38,125 nucleotides of DNA from Octopus sinensis. Its lineage: Eukaryota. This document shows, one piece after another, positions 1-11,725 of the stretch. Both the position numbers and the translations under genes were made by a program. The stretch is from positions 1 to 38,125 of the forward strand of contig NW_021836814.1 of NCBI RefSeq assembly GCF_006345805.1, in the 5' to 3' direction. Each line of letters starts with the position of its first letter. Positions within the stretch are counted from its first letter, which is position 1. The notes under the pieces were generated by a model, which saw nothing but the letters and a program-made list of their open reading frames with translations, made no database searches and was not told the origin of the DNA.

Positions 1-940
1 TAGGACCTACTCTTCATGGTTGCCATTTTAGACATGCCATCAGTTACAGTCGGATACTCTTTCTAGCTATGCCGACGAAACTAAAGCAGTACAAGTAGTC
101 AAGGAACCCTCTGATGCCAAACATCTGCAGAAAGACCTTGATGCCATATATAAATGGTTTTAAGAAAACAACATATAATTTATTGCAGGTAAATTTCAAA
201 CCATCTGCCAGCTAATTTCTGCTTACAAGCCACAACCACGAATCTATGGCGCAAATGGAACCACAATCCCAGAGTCAGATATAGTGAATGATCTGGTGAT
301 TAATATGAGCAACGATGTCTTCTTTTACATTGATATCACCAAGATGTCGATAATTTGCAGATAGATAGGCTGATGGATCCTGAGAACCTTCAGAAGGGCC
401 AGTGAAACTATGCTGGTTATATGGAGGACTATTTTAGTTAGCCATGTCGTCTACTGTTCTCGATTCCGGTCATCCTACATTACCAATAGATTAACTTGTG
501 GCATTTCAGCGGTGATACACCAGGAATATTCTACTCCTTGATGCGAAGACGAGAGAGATATGCAGTGATGTGCGTACGGAAGATCCTGTAGGGGCTGGGA
601 CAATACTTTGGTACTGAACCTATACTCAAACTGAACGTCAATGTACAGTTCGCAAAGTCCATGCTATCACGTCTAGAGTATATGTTTTCAATAACCAACT
701 TGGTCCCCTGCCATAAAAGATTTTGGATGGGAAACACAAAACAGGGCATCAGTATTGTACGTGGGTTTACTGAAAAATTCCTGATTTTGGGTAAAAAAAA
801 AAGAAATAACACAGGATGACCAGTTATGATTTTATTTAACATATTCCTCTCACAGGTTAACACAATTATTGCAGCAGTGTCTCAGTTTTCCTGAGCCATG
901 TAGAAGAACTGGGAAAGATGAACCTCCAATCCGGCCTTTC
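1..940 (+). mobile_element. Old, degenerate LINE ORF2 fragment (RT C-terminal half), related to the LINE at 22039-27672
   Basis: Manual translation gives LGPLLFMVAILDMPSV..SSYADETK..LQKDLDAIYKW near 1-160, WILRTFR near 375 and SLMRRRERYAVMCVRKIL*GL at ~532-600. These parallel LGPLMFIVALSDMP..YADDTK, WILRTFR and SLERRRERYAVIYIWKILEGL of the younger element. It has stops and frameshifts, and the right boundary is approximate. Confidence 0.85.
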
Positions 941-984
941 GTGATATCCTGAAAACCAGGTTTTGTTCAGTACACCATTGCATA

Positions 985-1860
985 TACACATATACACACA
1001 CCTAACACACACACAACACACACATTCACACACATGAACGCCATTATTCTATCTACCTTTAGTTTGAGCTTTTTTTCACTCATCGGACTGCTGCCACACA
1101 GAAGAAGGCTGAAGTATTTAATACAGAGCTATACATAAATAATTATATACTTTAACTTTAACAAAATAAAATAAAGATTTTCCTTCGGTCTTTATAAAAA
1201 AAAATATCTTTCAATTTTTATTTTATTCTCGTGCATTTCTTACCAGCTAGCACCTTCATACAATAAACAATTTGTCTTGTGTGTCACTGTCGCTTCCTCT
1301 TTTTCCTATTTGGTTTATCTGGAAATCTATTGAAACGCTGAAATTAGCATTGCAAATATTGCCCTAACTGCTAAACGTTAGTCAACAACTGATATATAAT
1401 GGTATTTACGCAAACATACATATATATGTAAATAGACACACACATAATATATATATATATATGTATGCTTATGTGTGTGTGTACATATATATATATATAT
1501 GTGTGTATGTGTACATATGGAAACTATGTGTGTGTGTGTGTGTGTAAGTGAGTGTATGTGTATGTTTTTCAGTATATCTGGTTGAACAAGTATTGTTTCA
1601 AATTGAAGCAACACTACTTGTCTTGATGCATTTAAAGAAAAGAGGAAAAAAAACAAAAGAAAAGTGAAAAAAAAACTGAAAATTTCATTGTGAGAGAATG
1701 CGCTATCTTAAGAGAAAATAAACAAGCCACTAATGAAAATAAAACCGCAAAGAACAAATAATAATAACAATAATAATCATAATAATAATAATTACAATAA
1801 TAACAATGATAATGATGATTATGATGATAATAGTAGTAGTAGTAACAACAACAATAATAT
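985..1860. repeat. Scattered simple repeats: (CA)n ~985-1035, (TA)n/(TG)n ~1430-1560, (AAT)n/(GAT)n ~1760-1860
   Basis: Directly visible short tandem repeats. Confidence 0.9.
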
Positions 1861-2799
1861 GTCCCCGAAGAACCTATAAATATATAACAGAGAACATTCG
1901 AATATAAACAAAATATTTATTGAAATAGGCGCTCTGAATCAATAATACTCCGCCATATTTGAAGACGATATGCATTAATTTACTCACGTTGCTTATGATG
2001 TACTTCATAGGAAAAAAAAGTAAATTAAATAATAAAAAAAAACCCAGCTTTTCCGTCCTTTCACATAAACTATGGTACGTGTAATTTCCTATATTTTTCT
2101 CTGCTCATCGTTTGATGTGATTATTTCTTTTCTTTATTTTCACTCTGGCAGAGAGTGTTTACAGATATTATATGCTTATTGTTCATTTAAGTTGTGTTGC
2201 GTTTCCATGCGTTATTTTCTTTGTAGTTAAGGAATAAAAAAAAATGAGACAGTATTACAGCAGTCTTTTCAATACTCGTTATATATTAAAACGTATGCTT
2301 TTTTCTATTTATATCAATTTAACCGAAACTATCAAAGTATAGCTTCAATTACGTCTGTCTCTTTGTTTATGTATCTCTGTGTCACGTACATATTCATATA
2401 TACAAACCTACACACACACATATCTATATACACAAATATATATAAACACACATATACACAGACACACACTTATACTTACAAAGGCTATTGTGTATGTGTG
2501 TATTTGTGCATCTGTTGATTTTTATGTTTATACATATGTATTTTTAATTTATTTTCTTTGTGTAGATATGATTGTTTTGCAATATCTATTTTCGTAACTA
2601 CATTTTGTTTTGATAAATAGTATAGACGAAAAGAAATGTGCATTACCCTCAAATTTTATAACGAAACTAAATAACTCTTTATTATATAACACTGAAATGT
2701 TTTATTGTATCTTGGTTTATCACGTTGTTAACAGTTTGTATAATTTCGAGTTCCCACGTGAGCATGTATTTGAGTGAAAAATACTATATCTATATATAT

Positions 2800-2911
2800 G
2801 TTTTTACTTTTTAATTGTTTAGTCATTTGACTACGGCCTCCATGGAACATCGCATTAAAGAGGGTTTTTGACGTTGGAATGGCTCCCAGAACTTATTCTT
2901 TGTAAGCCTAG

Positions 2912-2913
<2 letters not shown>
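2800..2913 (-). mobile_element. SINE family B, 3' tail only (degenerate)
   Basis: The reverse complement reads tactaggcttacaaagaataag...ggccgtagtcaaatgactaaaacaattaaaaag, matching the tails of the copies at 3474-3842, 9475-9656 and 30510-30865. Confidence 0.8.
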
Positions 2914-2942
<29 letters not shown>

Positions 2943-3420
2943 TATATGTATATATATGTATATATATGTATATATATGTATATATGTATATATATGTATA
3001 TATGTATATATATGTATATATGTATATATGTATATATGTGTATATATGTGTATATATGTATATATATTATATATATATGTATATATGTATATATGTATAA
3101 TATATATGTATATATGTAATATATGTATATATATATTATATATATGTATATATTTATAATATATGTATATATTTATATATATATGTATATATTATATATA
3201 TATGTATGTATATATTTATATATATGTATATATGTATATTGTATATGTATATATTTATATATATATATATATATATATGTATATGTATATATTTATATAT
3301 ATATATGTTATATGTATATATATTTATATATATGTATATTGTATATATTTATATTATGTATATATTTATATATATGTATGTATATATTTATATATATATA
3401 TATGTATGTGTGCACACATA
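2914..3420. repeat. Degenerate (TA)n/(TATG)n microsatellite field
   Basis: Almost pure alternating T/A with interspersed G. It is the source of the spurious YI/CI-rich ORFs. Confidence 0.97.
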
Positions 3421-3473
3421 TGTGTGCATGAATGCATGTGTGCGTGTTTGTTTGTGTGTACTTATATATATAT

Positions 3474-3842
3474 GCAAGAGTGGGTGTGTAGTAAGTAGCT
3501 TGTATATCAGCCACATGGTTCCGGGTTCAGTCCCAATGCGTGGCACCTGGGCAACTGTCTTCTACTATAGCCTCGGGCCGACCAAAGCCTTGTGAGTAGA
3601 TTTGGTAGACGGAAACGGAAAGAAGAAGACCGTTGTATGTATATATTTGTATCTTTGTGTCTTTGTTTGTCTCCCCTCCATCGCTTGACACCCGGTATGT
3701 CAAATTAAAGTCAAATGATGCAAATAACCTTTCTAAATACTAGGCTAACAAAGAATAAGCTCTGGGGTCAATTTGCTCGACTAAAGGCGGTGCTTCAGCA
3801 TGGCCGCAGTCAAATGACTGAAACAAGTAAAATAAAATAAAA
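3474..3842 (+). mobile_element. tRNA-derived SINE, family B (full length, variant middle)
   Basis: Head has A-box-like (gtgtgtagtaag) and B-box-like (ggttcagtccc) motifs. Body is gcctcgggccgaccaaagccttgtgag..tttggtagacggaaac and tail is gctcgactaaaggcggtgcttcagcatggccgcagtcaaatgactgaaacaagtaaaa. Homologous to four or more other loci in the window. Confidence 0.9.
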
Positions 3843-4645
3843 TTACATACAAAAATATACATACACACATACATACATCTGGCGAACAACATTCACACTT
3901 ATATACGTGCATACACCCGAAAATGTGAATTTTAACTCACCCAGATATTCTAAATTATAGTAATTTATATGAATAGAAGGGAAATGGAGAATATTTATAG
4001 AGATCGTAAGCAAAACCCTGCAGGATTCTAAATTACTTAACAATTCATACTCCGTTTTATGGTTAACACGTTTTTATAGTGATATGCCATAATACTAAAG
4101 ATGGATAACTTTAATAAATTATTTGCTGCGTGATACTAGGAAGGGCCAGATATACACAGAAACTCAACCTGTTTCAAGCGTTCAAATGTGGAACTTGACA
4201 AATTTGTTCCCGCTCTAACGATCTCATTCTGAATGAATATTACTGATAGAAAGAATGATGGTAGTGGAATGAAGAGGTATTCCAAATTATTTCGATACTT
4301 AGCGCAGTATTAAAACCTGCTACAGAAGTGTATTTCCTTTTCAGATCTTAAATCAACCGACAAAATCAAGTAGAACTTCGTATGTGTAAACATATTGGGC
4401 TATTGTCTGGAGGGATATCAGTTGAGGTTACTGGATACCGTTCCATGGTTGAGTGCGATTGCACAATGGGTAGCAGATGTGAAAATGGAATGAATAATTT
4501 ATCTGGAAAGGAACAGAGGTTGAAAGACAATGCATTAAAGAAATCTGACGCAAGAAGTAGTTGTAGGATTGGCACTTCATCGAAATAATTATAGCATTAG
4601 AGGCAGAGAGAGTGTAATTGAATAACACATGTATAACACTGATAT

Positions 4646-5155
4646 GGGGGAAGACGCCTGGCTCAGTGGTTAGGGTATTCGGCTCACAATCGTAAGGTGA
4701 TGAGTTCGAGTCCCGGTGTCGCTATATGCCATCAAGAAAGATGATTTATTTCACGTTGCAACTGCCCATTCATCTGGCAAAAACGAGTTGTACCTCTATC
4801 TCACAAAAGCCAACCTTGTGAGATTTTATGTCACTCTCAATCCCTCCGGGACCTATGTTATCAGTACGCGTAAATTTCACGAGAAGGCTGTTCCGTTGAT
4901 CGGATTAACTGGAAACCAACCTTGTGATATTTTATGTCACGTTCAATCCCTCCGAGAACTATGTTATCAGTACGTGTAAATTTCCCGAGAAGGCTGTTCC
5001 GATGATCGGATTAACTGGAAACCAACCTTGAGATATCTTATGTCACGTTCAATCCCTCCGAGAACTATGTTATCTGTACGTGTAAATTACACGGAAAGGC
5101 TGTTCCGTTGATCGGATTAACTGGAACGCACTTTATCGCCACCAATAGAGTTCCA
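4646..5155 (+). mobile_element. tRNA-derived SINE with a distinct head and a family-A-type tail triplicated as 3 x 106 bp (4812-5129)
   Basis: Head gcctggctcagtggttagggtattcggctcacaatcgtaaggtgatgagttcgagtccc has A and B boxes. Repeat units start at 4812, 4918 and 5024. Each contains aatttcacgagaaggctgttccgttgatcggatta, homologous to the reverse complement of 30945-30995. Confidence 0.85.
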
Positions 5156-5657
5156 GTAGTTGTACACTGAGATGATGAAATAAAGAAGAATATACGAACA
5201 TCATTCGTTCAGTTATGAATCTCAGCTCAATTTCAAACCGAAGCAATATATATCTGTTGACGTATCCACAACAAAATTTTCCGTTTTCATCTCCTTATCG
5301 CACAAGTAAATAATTAGCGTTCTACGTCATTAATAATGGAAAAAAACTCATCAATGTATGAAAAGACGGGGGCTAGAAAATTTGCGCCATTGAACAAACA
5401 TAACAGAGAAATATAAATGAGTTGTTTCTGGTGATCATCATCAATAGTAATTGTGTTGAAAATCGAATTTGATAAAGCAATTAAATGCGAGCCTATGTTA
5501 TATCGTAGCATTTGCCAATCCCGGAAACAATGCAGCAATTTTCATGCGGAATTTCGATAGAATATCTAATATCAAATCATGTTGATAACGAGGTAATCAG
5601 GGAACCATGTGCGATTATGGGGAGGAGCATATATTTAGGTGGGATATTTATTGTTTC

Positions 5658-6290
5658 AGGCGACTAACTGGTAGAATCATTGGCACGTGCTACAGACGCT
5701 TAGAAGCAAATCCTTCTGGCTATATACAGAAGGCGGCGAGCTGGCACAAACGTTAACACGCCGGGCGAAATGCCTAGCGGTATTTCGTCTGCCGTTACGT
5801 TCTGAGTTCAAATTCCGCTGAGGTCGACTTTGCCTTTCATCCTTTCGGGGTCGATTAAATAAGTACAAGTTACGCACTGGGATCCATATAATCGACTTAA
5901 TCCCCTTGTCTGTCCTTGTTTTGTCCCCTCTATATGTAGCCCCTTGTTGGTAATAAAGAAATAGGTATTTCGTCTGCCGTTACGTTCTGAGTTCAAATTC
6001 CGCTGAGGTCGACTTTGCCTGTCATCCTTTCGGGGTCGATTGAAGAAGTACCAGTTATGCACTGGCGTCGATATAATCGACTTAATCCCCTTGTCTGTCC
6101 TTGTTTGTCTCCTCTATGTTTAACCCCCTGTGAGCAATAAAGAAATATACATATACAGCTTTGATTTCAAATACCGCCCAAGTCACCTTGAAATTTCTTT
6201 TATCCGGGGATCAATAAAATAAAGTATGCGTCAATGGAATCGTCATTATCCTCCCTAATTTCTGGCATTGTTCCAAAATTTGAAGCATGA
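5658..6290 (+). mobile_element. Old degenerate SINE (family C-like) split by a younger insertion: head 5658-5721, remainder ~6159-6290
   Basis: aggcgactaactggtagaatcattggcacg resembles the family C head. After the insertion the sequence continues ttcaaataccgcccaagtcacc..ggggatcaataaaataaagta..tttctggcattgttccaaaatttgaa, whose tail matches the remnant at 11555-11725. Confidence 0.6.
5730..6150 (+). mobile_element. SINE family C head-to-tail dimer (full copy plus a 5'-truncated copy, period 185 bp)
   Basis: ggtatttcgtctgccgttacgttctgagttcaaattcc occurs at 5779 and 5964. The core is gtcgactttgcctttcatcctttcggggtcgat. The dimer is flanked by the 8 bp direct repeat atatacag (5722-5729 and 6151-6158). 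Confidence 0.92.
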
Positions 6291-6534
6291 TTAATGTGGT
6301 TTAATATGAATAGAAAGTTATAATGATACAAACTGGTATATTGTTGTGACCCCTTCGGTCATGACTGACCATGAGATTGCGCCTAGAAAATTACACTCCG
6401 AGTCTGGGCAAGGTTGTTTATGGAAGACAAGCAGTCGCCCATGTATACCAGCCTCCCCTCTACATGCCACCAATGTTATCAAAGGGAAAGACAAATGCAG
6501 ATACAGCTTGGTACCAGTGATATTGCAGCTCATT

Positions 6535-6835
6535 TATTAACGTGCAAATAGCTGGGCACTCCAAAGACACGTTTACCCTTAACGTAGTTCTCGGGGAGAT
6601 TCCGCGTGACAAGGCTGGCCCTTTGAAATACAGGTACAACAGAAACAGGAAGAGAGAGTGAGAGAAAGTTGCGTCGAAAGAGCAAAGCAGGGTTCACCAC
6701 CAAACCCTGCCGGAGCCTCGTGAAGCTTTAGGTGTTTTCGCTCAATAAACTCTCACAATTCCCGGTCTGGATATCGAAACTGCGATTCTACGACCGCGAG
6801 TCCGCTACCCTAACCACTGGGCCATTGCGCCTCCA
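6535..6835 (-). mobile_element. tRNA-derived SINE family A, 3'-truncated
   Basis: The reverse complement begins tggaggcgcaatggcccagtggttagggtagcggactcgcggtcg (tRNA-like head) and is colinear with 30914-31304. Confidence 0.9.
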
Positions 6836-7184
6836 TACCACAGGCATACTAACACTATTATATTAGTAATACTTATATTACTCACGTTGGTGCAGTGATT
6901 TCTCAAAAAAGTGAACACAATACAATTGTATGCATTTTCTGTATATAATGTTTGATACTTCATTTATGTAGAACGTGGATGAGATTTTTTAAAATTATAA
7001 GTATATATCATATCCGGAAACAGAGAAGTATACACCTTATTTCAACGTCCATAATCTTCATAGCTAAGGTCTCCCAATAAATAATTGTAGAATTATCTCA
7101 CTCGTAAACATTGAGGGTTTTCTGATATATTCTTTGTACGTTTAGAGAATATGAGACCAAAATACTCACATGCATTTGCATGTA

Positions 7185-7200
7185 TATTTCTCTCTCCCTC

Positions 7201-7237
<37 letters not shown>

Positions 7238-7346
7238 TTTCTACCTCTCTCCCTCACTGTACACACATATACGTAGAAGTAGGTAAATGTATATACAAAG
7301 AAATGTATATATACATAGAGATAGATACTAGTATATAGATGCATAC

Positions 7347-7387
<41 letters not shown>

Positions 7388-7460
7388 TAGAGATAGATAA
7401 ATAGATAGATAGATAGACAAACAGACAGATAGATAAATAGATAGATAGATAGGTCGACAG
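7185..7460. repeat. Compound microsatellite (CT)n-(TA)n-(CA)n-(AGAT)n
   Basis: Directly visible. Confidence 0.9.
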
Positions 7461-8829
7461 ATATATGCATATGATTGCATATGCACATGCATTTATCTGA
7501 GAATTAAGATTAATATTCGTAATAATGTCTGTTATCAAATTGTTCATATGGGAAATATTGGTGACATTGTATACAGATAATTCACACGCTATACTAAAGA
7601 TACGATTGTGAATTCAGCTTTAATCACTATTCCTATATATTTACTTATACCATTGTAAATGTCGTAAACGAAAAGTCGTTCTCATTTATAAATCTCAGAG
7701 CTTATTTCACTTTAAAAAAGTGTCATTAAATATCATCTATTATATGAAAGATTGCACGCTTCTTTCAACTGGGAATTGTGTAAAATAAAATCAATCTGGT
7801 GTTAAATAACATTTTGTTGTTTTTCCAATAAAATAAACAATAGATTCTGTTGAGGTGGGTGGATAAAATTTTAGAATAGATAGCTAGCATGATATCGGAA
7901 AGAAACTACGAAAAAAATACTGAAGGAAACGTAACAGGTATAAGTAAGTTGTTGAAGATGGGTACTTGGGACTCGTCTTGTGATTTGAAAGCAACTGCAA
8001 ATGGCTTCTACCATAGCTCCAGGATGAACGTTGCATTGTGTGTGCCTTTAGTGGACTCTGAGCTGATATGTCATGTACTCGCTTGCAATATATACAAAAA
8101 TGTACTGTCTTCCAATCATTGAATTTGTAACTAGGAAACTATTTCATTAGAAAAGATCTGTTCGAGACAAAATCAGTATTCGAACAAAAAAAGGTATTGT
8201 TTATCGCCTCTAAAACGTGGGTGTTTTCACAGAAATGCCACGACGCTGGTGTTTAAACATCAGGAAGACATCTTTTACCAGCTGGTTCATATATATATAA
8301 ATTTATGTATATATATATATATATACATACATGCAAGAGTTTATCTTCCGAGACGGGTCATTCCAGGTATATCCGTGGCCTATTTTGTAAGATAATTATC
8401 GATTCTAAAATATAATTCTACTCGGAAAGAAAAACTATTGTTGACGCTCATTCTCAACAGCCCACGCGATTGTTTAATAAATATTCAAATGAATCTAGTA
8501 ACACTGCGGCTATTGTGCCAGATCCTGAATCAATGTAGATTTTGTTAAAGATATTATTAAAGCATTGTTTCTACTATTTTCACAATGAAGGATTGAATTT
8601 GGAAATTGAAAGACGTGATAAATATAATGCAAGTCCATGCCACAATAATTATAAATTGCAAGAATGAGAGAATAATTATAAACGAATTGATCCAATATGC
8701 AAATCCCATCGATTATATATCATGGACACACTGCTGTGCAGAAGCATATATATATATATATACACACATGCATACATATGTATGTGACTATCTCTAATGT
8801 TCGTTTTATATACATTTATATAAGTACAT

Positions 8830-8863
8830 AATTATGCGTATACATACATACATACATACATAT

Positions 8864-8896
<33 letters not shown>

Positions 8897-9070
8897 GTGT
8901 GTGTTTATGTGTGTGTGTGTTTATATATGTGTGTGTGTGTGTTTATATGTGTGTGTGTGTGTTTATATGTGTGTGTGTGTTTATATGTGTGTGTGTGTGT
9001 GTTTATATGTGTGTGTGTGTGTTTATATGTATGTGTGTGTGTATATATGTGTGTGTGTGTTATATGTATA

Positions 9071-9109
<39 letters not shown>

Positions 9110-9130
9110 ATATGTATATGTGTGTGTGTC
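8830..9130. repeat. (TG)n array with a higher-order unit (gtgtgtgtgt..ttatat)
   Basis: Directly visible; source of the VC-rich ORFs. Confidence 0.92.
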
Positions 9131-9395
9131 AGACTTGCTTTTGTTGTATTTTTACCACATCGTGACAATTTTGGATGGGAAAGAAAAGGAATTTTTTATT
9201 CACTTCTGACCATACTCCTACTCCTGCTTTACCTCCGCTTCCTTCGTTCGCTTCCCTTCATTCACGAACCGCCAAAACCCACACCTAATTTGATTTCTCT
9301 CCTTTATCTTTACTATCTCCTACTCTATCCTCCTCTCTCACTCCTACACCTTATTTTTTAATTTGTCCCTCTCTCCCTTCATTCTCCTCATTTAG

Positions 9396-9435
<40 letters not shown>

Positions 9436-9474
9436 GTATATATATATAAGTGTGTGTGCATATGTTTGTGTGTC

Positions 9475-9654
9475 TGTGTTTGTCCCCCTATGCTGGTGTG
9501 TTTACGTCCCCGTCATTTAGCGGTTCGGCAAAAGAGACCGATAGAATAAGTACTGGGCTTACTAAGAATAAGTCCCGGGATCGATTTGCTCGACTAAAGA
9601 CGGTGCTCCAGCATGGCCGCAGTCAAATGACTGAAACAAGTAAAAGAGTAAAGA

Positions 9655-9656
<2 letters not shown>
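9475..9656 (+). mobile_element. SINE family B, 3' half
   Basis: atgctggtgtgtttacgtccccg..agcggttcggcaaaagagaccgatagaataagtactgggc..gctccagcatggccgcagtcaaatgactgaaacaagtaaaag matches 30705-30865. Confidence 0.9.
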
Positions 9657-9696
<40 letters not shown>

Positions 9697-10204
9697 ACAA
9701 GAACGTAACGGACGATAATAAAATCATGCGGACAGATGGACGATACAAGGACGGCCTGTAAAACCAACAAAAAAATCGTGGCTTTATATTCATTTATCAA
9801 GTTTCTGATTATCGCTACGGTCTCGGCATGTTACACTTAAGACTGTTCAAAATTGGTAGGGCCCAAAACTTTACGCTAAAGGCATTAAATTTTTGGATGA
9901 AAGTGAGAAAATATGTGCGACAACACGTACAAAAAACAAACATGAAAACGATGAAAATCTTACTCGATTAGATACAGAGCGCGTGAGTGAGAGAGAGTGA
10001 GAGAGAGTGTGAAATGTAGAGAGAATGACAGAGAGACACATAGAGAAAGATACACTAGATACAGAGAGAGAGAGCGAGAGCCATGTATATATATATAAAT
10101 ACATACATAGATAGATAGATAGATAGATCACAGTTAATGTTGCGGGTTTTCTTTTCGCCCTCTTTGTTGTATCACTCTTTGGATGACACGCTCCGTCTTA
10201 CAGA

Positions 10205-10469
10205 GTAGAAAGGATACTTGCATCATTTGACTTTAATTTGACATACCGGTTGTCAAGCAATGTTGGATAGACAAACAAAGGCAGAAAGATACAAATATAT
10301 ACATACAACGGTCTTCTTTCAGTTTCCGTCTACCAAATCCAGCTACAATTCTCTGGCGGGTTCGTGTCTATAGCAGAAAACACATGCCGTGTGTGCCAAG
10401 CTATGGGACTGAAACCGGAACCATATTGTTCGGAAGCAAGCGTCTTACCATACAACCACACACGCGCCT
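10205..10469 (-). mobile_element. SINE family B, 5' two-thirds (variant middle, like 3474-3842)
   Basis: The reverse complement contains ccggtatgtcaaattaaagtcaaatgatgcaa (identical to 3691-3722), tttggtagacggaaactgaaagaagaccgttg and the tRNA-like head. Confidence 0.85.
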
Positions 10470-11554
10470 CCGCACTACCTCCTTTTGTTATTTGGTTGAA
10501 AGAACATTTAAAAGAATAAATAATATTAAGCAGCCAATGCGGTTTTGAGCACCCACTCTTACTGCCCGATGTTAGCGTATAAATACACATACACACACGC
10601 GTTCGTTCTCTTAGACTCACGGTGTAGCCGCCGCTTGCTTGAACATACAACATTTTCTGCAGTTACTGAATATTTATTTGCAATTATTTTGGCAATTTAT
10701 ACCGAAATAAATATCCACGAAATGTGTCGGAGAAGAACATTGATCGGAATGCTTATTATTGTTGGTCGCACTGCATGATACAAATTGCTGGTTCGGCCGC
10801 ACCAATTAACATGGCATTCGTGGATCTCGCTCAATTGAGACGGAACAAATTGCGGAGATTCATTACACATGTGTTAATTATAGGAATATAAGACCGTTTC
10901 ATTCAATAATAATCTCCGAAATTGATAAACCGTGAGAGAGTAATCCTCGTCGTAATCCAACAGTTAAGTACTTCTGCTATAATTTCCAACACCTAAATGT
11001 ATTAGCATAACAGCATTTGCCTGATACGTAGGGGAAAATATAAGTTGTAGAATATATAATAGTTTTCAATCAATTCCTTATAAATCTTGATTGCATTATA
11101 TTACACGTAATTATCCAGTTTTTATTGGAAAGCTACTTCAATGCCTTTCCCAATAATGAGGAACGGGCGCCGTAAAATACTGGAATGTGGCTGGATAAAC
11201 CAGTTAACGACGCAGTTTAGTGACTAATTATATTTCTTTCATTTGAATTATGTATGTATTGCTGTTTCGAAAATGATGAAAATTACAACCCCATGTTACA
11301 TTTCCTTTGAATTCGTTATACCTTCTTTGAATTCAGAAAAGCTAATAAGCTATGTACACTACAGATGATAATTTGGTTAGCTGTTGCGATCGTCGAGACT
11401 ATTTCGCCAACGCAATAATTAAATATTTTAGTACTTTCATCTGTTTTATATACATTCGTTATGTAATGTATTTTCCTGAACTGATTTTCCCGGAGAATTG
11501 TGTCCAAATCATAGATTCAGAACACACGTAAATATTTCAATTCAACGCCAAGTG

Positions 11555-11725
11555 GAAGATGGATGATTGTTTTGCGCGTATACCAAAATGTTTAATGGCA
11601 TTTTGCCTGTTTTTACGTTTTGAGCTCAAATTTCGCCAAGTTCGATTTTGCCTTTCATTGTGAAGGAGTCGATAAAATTGAACACTGAAATTGCTGGGTT
11701 TGTGCCAAATTTTGAAATCAAAATC
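11555..11725 (+). mobile_element. Degenerate SINE family C-like remnant
   Basis: tcaaatttcgccaagttcgattttgcctttcatt..gagtcgataaaatt matches the family C core. The tail aattgctgggtttgtgccaaattttgaa matches 6258-6285. Confidence 0.65.

Noticed and set aside
531-863. 110 aa minus-strand ORF
   Set aside because: It is antisense to the decayed LINE fragment and shows no independent coding signal.
4366-4628. Overlapping short ORFs with acceptor-like sites on both strands
   Set aside because: No recognisable protein. Plus frames hit stops right after the acceptor, and no convincing donor was found.
4646-4740. tRNA-like sequences at SINE heads (also 6760-6835, 16005-16078, 31230-31304)
   Set aside because: They are embedded in repeated SINE bodies and lack a complete cloverleaf, so they are not tRNA genes.
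4812-5129. Regularly spaced repeats that could be mistaken for a CRISPR array
   Set aside because: They are whole-unit tandem repeats with no unique spacers, in a eukaryotic SINE context with no cas genes.
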